64,000 nt of DNA, taken from assembly GCA_965153285.1 (NCBI GenBank), contig OZ229113.1; one strand, 5' to 3'. This DNA is from Podarcis tiliguerta. Taxonomy: Eukaryota. The notes beneath the pieces are model-generated. The model was not told the DNA's origin and ran no database searches. It saw nothing but the letters and a program-made list of their open reading frames with translations. The position numbers and the translations under genes are program-made. This document shows, one piece after another, positions 12,901-25,368 of this stretch (positions are counted from its first letter, which is position 1; each line of letters opens with the position of its first letter).

Positions 12901-13250
12901 GGGACACAGGTGGCGCTGTGGGTTAAACCACAGAGCCTAGGACTTGCTGATCAGAAGGTCGGCGGTTTGAATCCCCATGACAGGGTGAGCTCCCGTTGCT
13001 CGGTCCCTGCTCCTGCCAACCTAGCAGTTCAAAAGCACGCCAGCACAAGTAGATAAATAGGTACCGCTCTGGCAGGAAGGTAAACGGCGTTTCCATGCGC
13101 TGCTCTGGTTCACCAGAAGCGGCTTAGTCATGCTGGCCACATGACCTGGAAGCTGTACGCCGGCTCCCTCGGCCAGTAAAGCGAGATGAGCGTCGCAACC
13201 CCAGAGTCGGTCACGACTGGACCTACTGGTCAGGGTTCCCTTTACTTTTA
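12901..13250 (+). mobile_element. Sauria SINE (subfamily B), full length
   Basis: GGGAC..GGTGGCGCTGTGG head and ACCTTT-type tail. 15-bp TSD CCTAA(A/G)AAAGGATTA at 12886-12900 and 13251-13265. Confidence 0.97.
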
Positions 13251-14317
13251 CCTAAGAAAGGATTAAAAATATTCATGAGGGGTATAATCCCAGCCAGTTG
13301 CTACTGTGATGCAGTGAAACCATAACGATGTAATGTGGCAAAATGGAAAATCTTGCTGATGCACGACAATTGTTTCAGCATCATGGGTTTGCGTTTCCCT
13401 TCCTAGGCACCAATGAAAACTGAAGGCAGATGAATGGTTTTATTTGACTTCAGCAACACTGTCATGTATTCCTTCCCTGGTGCAGCTCCAACACTGTTCT
13501 TTGTTTCCAGAGCCCTTATTCTCCTCCAGTTGGTTCCTGCCATCCAGGGGATGTGGTGACATCAGAGCACCACATGGCCAATCAGGTTTTGATACATGGC
13601 AGGGACACTCAAGTCAAATGAAACCCTTCTGTGAGCAGAAAAATGGGGATTGCAAATGATACCAATGATAAAGAAGAGCATAGGGAGCAGGGGAACTGGG
13701 AATTTGCATTGATAACTAAATTAACACAGTACATTAGAACAAGGAAAAATAGATGAAGACAGAATAAATGTATAACAACCAGGATCTCCTTTATTGAATA
13801 TTGTAAAAAACAAACAAACCCCACAAAAACATCCTGTTGCTTTCAAAAATATTATATTTCTTAATGTTTGGAAGTTATTTCAGTCAGATTTTGATTTTTC
13901 AGAGATCATGGCTACTGTATATAATATTTTGAAAGCTAAATCTGATTTAAAGCTATGGTTTTGTTTTGCAGCTCTTTTAATTTTATTGCCTTATGTATTT
14001 ACATGTGATAAACCATGTTTCTTATATTATTTCACATTAGCAATGGTTAGTATCAGAGGTCTCTGTTTTCAGCATTTCATACCATTTTAATTTGCATATG
14101 CAATTATTTTTGTGATTAAATTTACAAATAAAATACCTCACAAACAAACAAAAGCCTTGCACCTATTTGGCAGGCCAGCTTCATCTACTCAGAAAGGGCT
14201 ACAATTCTGGTTCCAGCAAAAAGTAAGGTGTCTAGGTTGTGCCTACAGCAGTCCAGTCCAAAAGGGACTGGTTTCTGGAGCCCCAAAGTGAGATCTGAAT
14301 TGATCTTTGTTTTTGGT

Positions 14318-14641
14318 AAGGTAAAGGTAAGGGGACCCCTGACCATTAGGTCCAGTCGTGAACGACTCTGGGATTGCAGCACTCATCTCGCTTTATTGGC
14401 CGAGGGAGCTGGCATACAGCTTCCGGGTCATGTGGCCAGCATGACTAAGCCGCTTCTGGCGAACCAGAGCAGCACACGCAAACGCCGTTCACCTTTCCGC
14501 CGGAGTGGTACCTATTTATCTACTTGTGCTGGCGTGCTTTTGAACTGCTAGGTTGGCAGGAGCAGGGACCTAACAATAGGAGTTCACCCCGTCGCGGGGA
14601 TTCGAACCGCCAACCTTCTGATCGGCAAGCCCAAGGGTCCC
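14318..14641 (-). mobile_element. Sauria SINE (subfamily B), slightly 5'-truncated
   Basis: TSD TTGTTTTTGGT at 14307-14317 and 14642-14652. Confidence 0.95.
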
Positions 14642-14729
14642 TTGTTTTTGGTGCACAACCCCAATTACTACCATTGTTAAAGAATAGCAGGCAACATGTC
14701 AGCAAATTGTGTTTTTTTTCCCTTTCCAT

Positions 14730-14984
14730 CTTGATATTTTATTAAGGATTTTCTTGTTTTACAGAAGTAAGTGTAATGCCTCATATATTTTTTTCCCCAT
14801 GTAACATTTTTACAAATCCATTTCATTTGTTTAGGCATTAGGGGGGGAAGAAAAAAAAAGAAAAAAGAAAGGGGGGGTGGAGTGAGGGAAGATGGATGGG
14901 GGTGGGGTCGGGTGGCGGTGTTTCTATTATGTTTAACGTATGTAGAGTTTGGTGTCAGCGTTGCTTGTGTTGTTCACTTGTGTT
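14730..14984 (-). mobile_element. L1-like LINE 3' UTR fragment
   Basis: Minus-strand AATAAA followed by an A-rich end, with a pyrimidine-rich 3' UTR composition. Confidence 0.5.
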
Positions 14985-15293
14985 CAGTGGTGTAGCGTGG
15001 GGGGTGCAGGGGGGCCCGGCCGCACCGGGCGCAACATCGGGGGGGGGGCGCTCGCACTCGCAGCTCTCTGCCCCTACCTGGCTCACTCACTCTCTCTCAC
15101 TGCAGTGCTGGCTGTGCGAATCCGATCCGAGCCGCCGGGTCGCTGCCCACTGTGGAGGGGAGGGTGCCAGGCGTGCGGTGCGGTGCGGAGAGAGAGCGAG
15201 GGACTATCTGGGGGAGGGACAGTGCAGCGGGGGGGAGGGGGGCGCAAATTACTTGCCTTGCCCCGGGTGCTGACAACCCACGCTACGCCACTG
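14985..15293. mobile_element. hAT-superfamily MITE
   Basis: 16-bp TIR CAGTGGTGTAGCGTGG / CCACGCTACGCCACTG (1 mismatch). Exact 8-bp TSD CTTGTGTT at 14977-14984 and 15294-15301. Confidence 0.95.
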
Positions 15294-15304
15294 CTTGTGT
15301 TTCA

Positions 15305-15420
15305 CAGCGCGGCGGCAGCAGGAGGCCCCATTAGCTAAAGTGGTGCTTCAGGTTAAGAACAGTTTCAGGTTAAGAACAGACCTCCGGAACGAATTAAGTG
15401 CTTAACCCGAGGTACCACTG
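15305..15420 (+). mobile_element. Tc1/mariner (Tigger-like) MITE, right half only
   Basis: Matches the 3' half of the 38900-39141 copy and ends GAGGTACCACTG followed by TA. Confidence 0.9.
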
Positions 15421-15449
15421 TACTTAATCAGATCCTCCTAATTGAGGGT

Positions 15450-16205
15450 CCGCGTTGCGCCCCCTTCCTCTCTGTGGGGTGGGGGTGGGGGATGAGCCCG
15501 AGCCAGGTGATGGCCCCATGGTCACAGCCGATTGGCCAATCAGAGAGTGGTGGTGTGATTGTGGGGGCATTTAAAAGATGGCGGTGCATCGCTGGTGCTT
15601 TCACCTGGCTTCGCGCCGCCATACACCTGCCCACCCGCCCTCGTTTTTAGGTGTCTGCTCTGGACTTCTGTTGGTCGCCTGTTTTGGAACAGGGTCTGGG
15701 TAGGATTTTTTTCCATTTGGCAGATTGGCACTGGTCATTTGGTTTTCGCCTACCTCTTAGCAATCGTCACAACTTTGTAAGGTTTGGCGGTTAGACATTG
15801 GCTTTGTGAGGTGTGGGGGAGGGGAGGTGCGGCCATCACCTGCCCCTGCAGGTACAAGGGTATTCCGTTAAAGGAATCCGTAGGTCTGGATTTCATCCGA
15901 AGTCCACTTGGGGGGCTGGGGCCATGCCAGGACCCAGCGGGAACCCCGGGGTGAGCTTCAGTTGGTCGCCATCGACAGAGCTCCCTCTTTTGGTGGTTTA
16001 CCCTTACAGACTTCCTGCACGGCGGGCAGGTGTCAGATATAGTTTTTGCCAATGCCTAAGCCAATACCAGTCACGTTTCCTTAATCAATAAAGTTGTGGC
16101 CTAAATTTTGCCCATCAACCTTTACACTAAAATACTGTGTCAATGAGTTTGTTTGTTTTTAAAGTGTGTGTGTGTGGGGGGGTGCGCTCGGCCTTGACAC
16201 ACAAC
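15450..16205 (+). mobile_element. LTR-like non-coding element, copy 1 (possibly a DIRS/Ngaro-type tyrosine-recombinase retrotransposon repeat)
   Basis: CCAAT (15530-15541), TATA-like CATTTAAAAG (15568-15577) and AATAAAGTTGTGGCC (16087). Termini are GTTGCG...CACAAC, with no TG..CA and no TSD. Homologous to 50444-51219 and 53696-54455. Confidence 0.75.
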
Positions 16206-18337
16206 TGAGAATATCCATTAAAAAGGGAAATGTTCCAAAAGAAATTATTGTGAAAATAAGAAATATTTAGAGGATAGGATGCCAGATTTTGACTGCAAGA
16301 GCTTTCTTGACCTCTCTGCCTGAAGCACTTCTCTGCCAGCCTCCTGATATGGCTGTCTGGTATCCCAGCAGCAGCAGAAATTCTACATTCCTTTCACCTT
16401 TTTTTATGTCTGGGATCTGAGATGAAAGATCAAGAGAGAAAGGGAGCCATCCTGGGACAGTCAGGTTGGTTGAGAGAAAGCTGACCAGAAGGAGATAAGC
16501 TGCGGTGATTTTTTGATATTTTTCTTTTGGAACACCCAGAAGGTGTTCACATGCAGAGGTCATGTGGACCACACAACTTAGATACATTCCCAGTACTCAT
16601 AATTTATGCTTTGGGGTGAAAGCATCAACCCAGGCATGTATACTACAGTACAGATTGATATTCTGTGTGTCTAGCATAATTATGCCTTGATCCCCTCTCA
16701 GACTCGTAACTCAAGAATGAAAATAAAATTGCCTGCTGCAGTGATAGCTTCCAGGATTTCTATCACAATAGCTGAAATAAATCTAAGTTACAATCTGCCA
16801 TAGCCTTTACGCACCTGAGGGTCAGCGGGCAGCGAAGATACAAGAGTGTCCTGCAGTTACTGCCAAGTTTCAAAGGTGATCTCGGCCAAAGATCTGAAGA
16901 CTTCATACTGACTGAATATGTTTCTAAGTGACTTGAGACGCAGCATCTCGTTTGATGGCTTAGTGGATGTCCAATATATTTAAATTAAAATAGTGTTTCA
17001 TTACATCGGATCAGACATGGAATTACTTTGCCATTAATTATAGGTAATCTGCACTTTTACATTAACTCCATTACCAGTAATAGACTTTTAATGTGGTACT
17101 TACATTGTGCTTAAAGGGTGAGCACTGATACTACTTGGAAATATCTAAAGGAGAGAATGAGAAGGGAGATTAGAGGGGAGAGGATAAGACATGGGGTGGG
17201 GAAGGAAAAGAAAGGAAAAGAAGGGGAGGGAAGAAAGATGGGCCATTAAAAGGCTAGAGGAGGTAGTGATGAAGAAAGGAAAAGGAGCAGAAGAGAGCAA
17301 ATTAAAGGACAAAACAGGATAGGGCATTGGTGTGATCATTAACATATTGAAAGCTTATTCAGTGCTAGAAAAAATAGGTCACAACTAGGATTAGTTTCAA
17401 ATAGCTAAAGGCCATTTCAAATATTACACAAGGCGAACGGATCTGCACCAAACCATTTGTGTATTTGCAATTATGCTTGTTACCACCACACTTTATACAT
17501 TCAGGATACCTTTAAAATTGTAGCATTCTGGAAATACTGGTATCAGCAGTTATGGATTTGGGGATCTGTTTATGGGGAATAAATATAACCAGGGAACTCA
17601 GGGGGGAAGGAAGAATCACTGAATCCACAGTAGGCTTGGGAGGAGCCCATGTTGGTTCTTTCGCTACACGAGGAGGCAGGCCTCTAGAGACATCAAGGCC
17701 TGCCAGGACATTGTGGAGCAAATTGCAATCTCCATTAACAATCTGGACATCCAAAAAACAGTCTACTGTCTGAATTCTTGGAGGTGGACCAGATTAACTT
17801 TCCGCATGCTGAAAAAAGTGCCACAAAACTTGGGGCCGGTTAAACAAGCTTTGATAAGGCGAACTGTTTGATTGAAATGTTCCTTGCTTTGCGTTTATTA
17901 AGGACTGGAAATTCATTTTGGACTTTTTGCATGAAAGAGAAAATGAACTAAGAGATGGAAAAGGTGCCCCACCCATTTGTCCTCTGGCACAGAGCGCCCT
18001 TTCATTTGTTCTCTTAATGACCTATCACCCAAGTGATTACCTGAACATTGGAAGCTAGTCTGGCTTAATTAGCTCTTAACACTTGCCGGGTACAAGGATT
18101 ACATGCCTGGCACCCACAAATGCATAACAATACTATGTGTGCCAGCAATGCTTCTACATTGGTCCTATGGCTCTAAAAACATTGTGTCTAGCATCCCTAA
18201 AGAGCTGCAGTAGATGAAAATATCACTCCTTTTTCTTTCGAGTTGCACAAAGTAAGAGCTCCAGCATGAAATAGAATTAATCCATTTCAGTGTGTCTTTG
18301 TTGGCAGTACAGAACTAGGGTCTGACATGTAACCTCA

Positions 18338-18496
18338 NNNNNNNNNNNNNNNNNNNNNNNNNNNNNNNNNNNNNNNNNNNNNNNNNNNNNNNNNNNNNNN
18401 NNNNNNNNNNNNNNNNNNNNNNNNNNNNNNNNNNNNNNNNNNNNNNNNNNNNNNNNNNNNNNNNNNNNNNNNNNNNNNNNNNNNNNNNNNNNNNNN
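18338..18496. other. Assembly gap (159 N)
   Basis: Run of N. Confidence 1.
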
Positions 18497-21035
18497 AATA
18501 TATCACAGAAGAACTGTCAGAAGATAAGGAAGCAAATTGAAAATACTTTGAAAATGCAGAAAAAACATGAAGGAGGGGTCCATGCAATCCAGCAAGAGAA
18601 AGTCACTGCATTTCTTTAAGATTCTGCTTTAAACTATACAGTCCTGCCTCTGTTGTTTAAGTTAAAACAGCTTGATGTGCTAAATGTAAAAAATAAATAG
18701 AAACACAGACTGTCGTTCCTGTTCAATTATATTTATGATGATGCATTGGAATTTGACAAATTTACAGCAAAAATCTTGAGCTGTAAAGATTTGCACTTCC
18801 TCTAGCAGCATCTTGTTATTTAAAGGATTTGATATGCAAAATCTTAGATGCTGTATCCAGACACACTTTCCCATGTGTGAAAGACAATGGATTTTAAGGT
18901 TGTCTTTAATAATTTACCCAACTCTTCATTTCCTTTCCAGCATTTTCATCTCCAAAGTGTAGTGATAGCAGCACTAAGACTTTATTAGCTGGAAACCTAT
19001 TTAAAAGGAGTCATACAAAAGGCTATAAATGCATTTGCAAACTGGAATCTTTTCAGGAACCATTCATCAAGCTTTGTAGGCTATGCTAAAACAAATAGAA
19101 ATAAAATTCTTCCCCAAGGCAGTCTAAATTCTGTATCAAGAAAAGCTAAATTTTGTAACTTGTCTAAATGCCAATTGAACACATTTGTAAAATATATCTA
19201 ATTCGCATAATTTATTCAGCAGTTTTTGTTGTTGTACATATTTTATTCTGGATTGTTCATCATAGGAGAGCAAGGACCATGAAGCACTCCCTGACCCAAT
19301 CGACAACTTATTCAACCACCCCTCTGGTTTTGTAAATTTCTGGAGGTGTTGCTCATACAAATTTTCAGATAGAATTTGATAGCCCCAAAGGTGAGAAATT
19401 TGCTATTTACTCTAGCTAGCTATCTGAGGTTCTTGGGAAAGTAACGTTTCTGCCCAACACCACATTCTGCATCTTTTCCATGCTTCTCCAGCAAGGCAGC
19501 ATGTAGAGTAAGATGGAGAGAGGCCTAGCTATTGCCATGTTATAAATTTGGGGGGGTCAGTCTGGACGAAACCCTGGAACCTCTTCCATGCCTGCAATCC
19601 TGTATCTGTGAGGGTAGACTGTATCAGAGGACGCTTGCCAAACCAGCTCCTTTGTCAGGATAATGACTTTGGCTGGCTAGTTAAGTACCACAAATCAGGA
19701 TATCCAGAAAAGTTGCCCTGTGCCATAGAAACAAATGGGTTCATCGGTTTACACATTCATTCATTCAGTCAGATAGACAGTGGAGCTGACAGTGCAGATT
19801 CCACAGAGAACAACTTGAACACTCTTCACAGTTTCCACTGACTGCTGCTGCTATCAGCAGATTTTGGTAGATAGTAAACAGAAATGGAATCATTCAGGTA
19901 AGGACATTTTGGGAGAACTATAAACACCACCAACACGGTGGGCACTGCTATTTTAGATGTCTGAATCTCTGATTAGGTTGTAGACCCCATGGGACCCACA
20001 ATGGTAGAACCCATAGTGTCTCCAGGAAGCAGCTTGTATGTTCTGTGGCTAGCGTGCCATTTCAGTCATGCTCGGAAAATTCAAAAGTGTCTCCTTCCAC
20101 TCACAGGGGAATATGGCTGCAATTGGACAAATTCTCAAGGAAACACAATCCCCTCCTCACATCTACTTTTTGCTGTGGTGGGAATATGGATTAATAATTA
20201 TGTGGGTTGGGGGGGGGGGTTCCTACAGAGCATTATAGGTTGCAAGAAGTATAGGCCTCTCCACCTCGTAATTTCAAGGCAGTCCAGAAGCCACATATGG
20301 TTGATCAACAACATGGCATACAAGAAACATCATGGTTTGTTGGCAATCTATTACTTGGCCTGTTACAATATAGGGCAGGGAGGCCACAATATTCCTTTCC
20401 CCACCTTTCATGTTTAGAAAAAGGATGGCTTGATTTCCATTCAGTTCCAAAATTCTTATTCTCATTCTTTTATGTGCTCATCTATTGACACAGGAGGCTG
20501 TTTCAGAGAAGATCTTATTTAGTGCTGTGCTTGCATCAGATTTGCAACAACATGAGCTTCAATTGCTCTATAAACCCCAGGAAAAATGCATTTCACAGTG
20601 CATACAGATTCCATCACCTTTCATTACTCACAGGCCAACTTTTCTTCTAGTTTAGTGTTCACCCAAGATGAACTAATAAAAAGCCTCAAAAACATTTCTA
20701 GGAAAATACAAGGTGTGCATGGGATAAAAGGCATTCTCTCAGAAAAAACTCTTCAGACCAAAGTCTGATTTTGACAGTCATCTCGTTCTTCTGTATGTTT
20801 CTAAAAGCTTTCACTAATAGGAAATTTGTGTCAGTTCAGTGAGGTCAATGAAATAGCACTGTATCTTGCAGTTACATTTGGAAAGAGAGGCTTAAGAGAC
20901 CAGATGGTGCTACAGAGGACTGCCACTAGCAAGAGATTCTTTGAAAGACCTGCTTACCTGGGCATTGTGTGGACTAGAGCTTAGGGTCAATCGATGAAGC
21001 TGGTTAAGAAGAGCTTCACAGATGACAAAAGATTG

Positions 21036-21140
21036 TAGCCATAGGTCAGTAGTAGAATACATGCTTTGCATACACCCAAATTTAATCCCTGGCATCTCCA
21101 GGCAAATCTGGAAAGGCCCTGTCTTAAAATCTGGAGAAGG
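21036..21140 (+). mobile_element. Old tRNA-derived SINE 5' fragment
   Basis: Decayed A/B-box head followed by CCCTGGCATCTCCAGG, typical of squamate tRNA SINEs. Confidence 0.6.
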
Positions 21141-21244
21141 CTTGTCTACACTTCCACTTGTCCTGTGTCTAGGAGGCATGTTTCTGAGCAGTTTTCTGCT
21201 TGACCTGTGCTTTCTAGGCATGGGTCCAAGTAGTTTTGCCTTTA

Positions 21245-21350
21245 CCCTGGAAAACCCGCTCTTTAGTGCTAAACTGGAACAAATGGCAATCCGCAGAAAA
21301 CCCAATTGCCATTTGTTCCAATTCAGTGCTGAAGATTGGGTTTCCCTGGG
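21245..21350. mobile_element. Core of a palindromic MITE
   Basis: Inverted arms GGAACAAATGGCAAT / ATTGCCATTTGTTCC. Same family as 47580-47860. Confidence 0.65.
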
Positions 21351-23372
21351 GGAAAGTGGTGGGCAAAGGGTGGGCAAAGGAGGGAAAGTGGTGGGCAAAG
21401 ATTTAGTGAAGGCTTTGAATAGAAACTGAGGTCTATTTGCTGTGATATCTAAATAGAGAAACAGAAACATATGGTATCTTTTAGGGGTGTGCAATGACTT
21501 TGCATGAACCCCAAACTGGAGCAAGGTACCTCTGGGAGATTTTTGGCTTCTTTGAGATGGGGCCTATATGAGGCAACTTGAAGCAGTGATCCCCTAAAGT
21601 GCCTCAAAGCACCTCCAGGACTCAGACACAGACATCCCCCCCAAAAAAAATGCAGAGTAGTGTCTGCAAAGAAGTGATATTCTGCCTTTAAGCTTACCCC
21701 TTAAGGAAAAAGACCAGGGTGTGGTGAGAAGGGAGAGAAGAGGAAGCTTTGCAAAAGTAAAACTTCTGTCTCTACAGTTAAGAATAATGCTAGGACCAGG
21801 AGGCGGGAGGGGGGGGGCCTTAATGACTGACAGATCCAGCGTGTAATCAGAGATAATTATTTTACCAGCGCTCCAATCCCAGTGCTTTGGGGTAAAGATT
21901 TTGAGTAGAGATGGGGAAGATTTCAGTTTGAACCTCGCATCTGTATCTGCCTGGACCACACTTGGATCATAACACAGACATGTGGATTAGACCGCATGTT
22001 TATGAAACTTTCCAAAGCATGGTTCACTCTAACTTACATTGCTTTTTCATAAGCTGGTCCAAGGACTTCTCTAGTTCTTCATTTTTTGCAAGTAAGTAAG
22101 TAAGTAAGTTTATAGCTTTTTGCAGCAGCAAGGTAGTGTGACATATTCTGCGCTCATTGAAAACTGCAAATAAAATCGTCTGTAAGGCTACCCAGGATTT
22201 TGGGGTGTGTGTCTTAGGATGTTTGCCCCATAGCCATCTTTATATCCATATAATTATTCAGGAAAGGGATGGCAGTCGATACACTAACTGAAACTTCTGA
22301 CAAAATTCATAACCTGCCCCTGCATCTAGTCGCAGTTTTCAAGGAATGTGGCAATGGTGGTGCTTTCTAGTCGCTGCAAGCTGAGACATGGAAGCTGAGG
22401 CTGATGAGAACTGTAGTCTGAAGGTTCCTGAAGGCTGTAGCAGGTCATTTCCATCGAAATTTGCACCAGTGTTTGAGGATCTAATAACTACCTTGCTTAT
22501 GAAATGTCATGTCAGAGCATTAGTTGCAGAGATATTCACGCACACTCCCATAAACCCCAATTTCTACCTTTCCTGGTAGCAAAAGCTAATCTGTTTTTCC
22601 TTGTGCTACAAGTGGCCTCTGTACCAAATTTGGTTCAGATTTGTCATCTTGCTCCTGAGATATTGAGACTGCATCATACATACACTAAATTAATGATTTC
22701 TCTTCTGAGAAAGAACAAACGTGTAAGAATGCCAAACTCATTTATCCTCTTCAGAACAACATACCATTCAACCAGAAATCAATAGCCTACTTACAACATT
22801 TCGTGTGCATGGAATGGCATAACAGCCCCTGCAAACTTTCAGAAATGAACGTTGGATTAGGTGGGCTTTGGCAAGGTAATTCTGATGCCCTTGTGGCTAC
22901 AGTGACCAGCACTTGTGTTGCAACCTGACGTAAGAAAAGAGACGCAGACAATGGGGTGAACCAAGGCCACTTTTTATTCATAATATCTGCAGGGGAGATT
23001 AGAAGAGCGGGAAGCTAAGAAAGCTAAGTTCAGCTTTGGTTGAGCCGAATGCTTCCCACTTCAAGCAGCTTGATAAGGCACAGCCCCCAAAACCTAGGCC
23101 TCACGTTATGGTAAGCAGGGAGGCCTTCTTCCCCACCCATCCAAAGTGCCAAAACTCCAGGCAGGTGCAGCAGGTGGGACGGAGGGTGAGATGGGTAGGT
23201 AAGAGAAAACAGCCAAAGGGACTTTCTGGGGATGTGCCTTTGCATACACAGTCTGTGTGTGTATACACTAGGCAGTCCAGATTGCTTGTAGCAACACTCT
23301 CAGACTCAGCACTGCATGGCTTGGGGGGGGGGCAGACCTATGACACCTAGCTCACCTTCAGCTTAGAAAACA

Positions 23373-23714
23373 GTAAGGTAAAGGTAACCCTGACCATTAG
23401 GTCCAGTCGTGGCCGACTCTAGGGTTGCGGCGCTCATCTCGCTTTATTGGCCAAGGGAGCTGGCGTACAGCTTCTGGGTCATGTGGCCAGCATGAGTAAG
23501 CTGCTTCTGGTGAAACCAGAGCAGCACACGGAAATGCTGTTTACCTTCCCGCTGGAAGGTATTTATCTACTTGCATTTTGACGTGCTTTCAAACTGCTGG
23601 GTTGGCAGGAGCAGGGACCGAGCAACGGGAGCTCACCCCGTCGCGGGGATTCGAACTGCCAACCTTCTGATCAGCAAGCCCTAGGCTCTATGTTTTAACC
23701 CATAGCGCCACCCA
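23373..23714 (-). mobile_element. Sauria SINE (subfamily B)
   Basis: Near full-length homology to 39935-40288. Confidence 0.96.
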
Positions 23715-24204
23715 CAAATCATTCCCCTGCCCCAAAATTTGGCTAGGAATTCACCTAGAAACAATCTCCTCTAAAATTAGTGGCTTGGGTGAGCATCCCT
23801 CTCTTGCTGTCTTACTGAAGTAGTTCTAAACTGATTGTAGCTCTAAAAAGAAAACACTGTTTGAAATTTATCCACGCCCCTTTTCTCAATAGGAAAGTAA
23901 AACAGAAGGGCAATGAAACAAAACACAAGGGATGAGGAGGAGCCAGGTAAACATTTATAGCATAAACACACCTTGGATATCTATTGCCTCCCTTTGGGAG
24001 AAAAGGTGGGGTATCTAACAAACAAACAAACAAACCAAGAAACCAAGTGCTATTGCTCCTCTGAAAACAAATGGTGCTTCATTTTTTACTTACTTTTGTA
24101 TTAGGTTGCGCTGGTCTGTTGCTTTCTCTTTCTTTATTGCATGTCATTTAACTCTGACTTCACTTCTGCTGCAGGGATCACTTTTCCTTTGGGTATGTTT
24201 TGAA

Positions 24205-24260
24205 AGAGAAGAGAAGAGAAGAGAAGAGAAGAGAAGAGAAGAGAAGAGAAGAGAAGAGAG
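24205..24260. repeat. (GAAGA)n microsatellite
   Basis: Read directly. Confidence 0.99.
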
Positions 24261-24986
24261 ACCATGACCTAACAAATATTACTGAAGTCCTTTTAACAGC
24301 CCTATTGAAATTCCTACCCATATTTTGCCTCAGTGGGACCTTTCAAATTTGCTTTAAATTCCATTTTGGACTAGGCATATATTATATGAACATGGCTTCA
24401 AAAGAACATTTCGTCTGCTGCTACTTACAAAAAATGGCAGGCTTGGCATCTATTCAAGTACTTATTACGAAGCTTCTGTGATATTAATAAATGCTGCCTG
24501 CTAAAATCACATTTTCCCTTTTAACTTTGGTGGGGTGGGGGAGGGAGTAGAGGACGACACACTTATACCTGCTCTGACTCATATAATAGCCAAGACCTCT
24601 GCAGAGCAGTCCAAACTACAGCATTTGCTATTTTTCAACACCTTCTCAGAAGGGAGTCAAATCAATCTCTTCGTTGCTGATATGGTAGGTCACCTTCAGC
24701 CTTTTAAAGTTACACACACACACAAATTGCAGGTAGCTAATGTAGCTTCTGTTAATGCACACCTCTGTGGAAGATGCTGTCTTCAGGGTCCAAACACCTA
24801 TCCACTTCTACCCCTGCCCTATCTCAGCAGCATATTAATTCTCCTTCATGCATAACTTGGAACCACCACAGAATATTGTAAAAACAACAACATGCTACTA
24901 CTTTGTAAGCGAAAACCACTCTTAAGCATGCTCAAAGCAGTTTCACAACTTTGGCATGCTCAAAGCAGTTTCACAACTTTGGCATG

Positions 24987-25103
24987 TCAGCTACTAACTC
25001 TCAGCCTAGCCTACTTCACGGGGCTGTTGTGAAAATAAAAGTGGGAAGGGAAAGACTGTGTACATTGCTTTCAGGACCTTGGAGGAAAATAAAGATACAA
25101 ATA
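24987..25103 (+). mobile_element. Old CORE/MIR-like SINE 3' half
   Basis: CTCTCAGCCTAGCCTACTTCACGGGGCTGTTGTGAAAATAAA resembles the body of the Squam3-like copies. Confidence 0.55.
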
Positions 25104-25368
25104 CACAGCAGCAAGCAGCAGATATGTGCAGTTTCACAACTGTCAGCAAAACACATATACACACAAAAAACAGTTCGCCAACATTCATCACTAAAGTTTC
25201 CCAAGTGTTAAAGTGCAGTTTCCAGGAATTTTAACTTGCTGCAGCTATAAGGTGTTTAATTATTTTATCGTTGTATTTGCTGATTCATTCTGTATTTTAT
25301 ATTTTTATTTTATGTTTACTGTATACTAATAAAGAACAGCTCAGTGATGACCAATGAACTGTAGTGGT

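Noticed and set aside
12901-12980. tRNA-like A/B-box sequences here and at 42342, 51569, 58846 and 63494
   Set aside because: These are SINE heads followed by SINE bodies and tails, not tRNA genes.
18315-18587. ORF containing a run of X
   Set aside because: It is an artefact of the N gap.
20910-21524. 204-aa minus-strand ORF
   Set aside because: It spans SINE and MITE remnants and shows no protein signature.
22401-22407. CTGATGA hammerhead-like core
   Set aside because: There is no stem II/GAAA partner. It is part of a decayed MITE arm.
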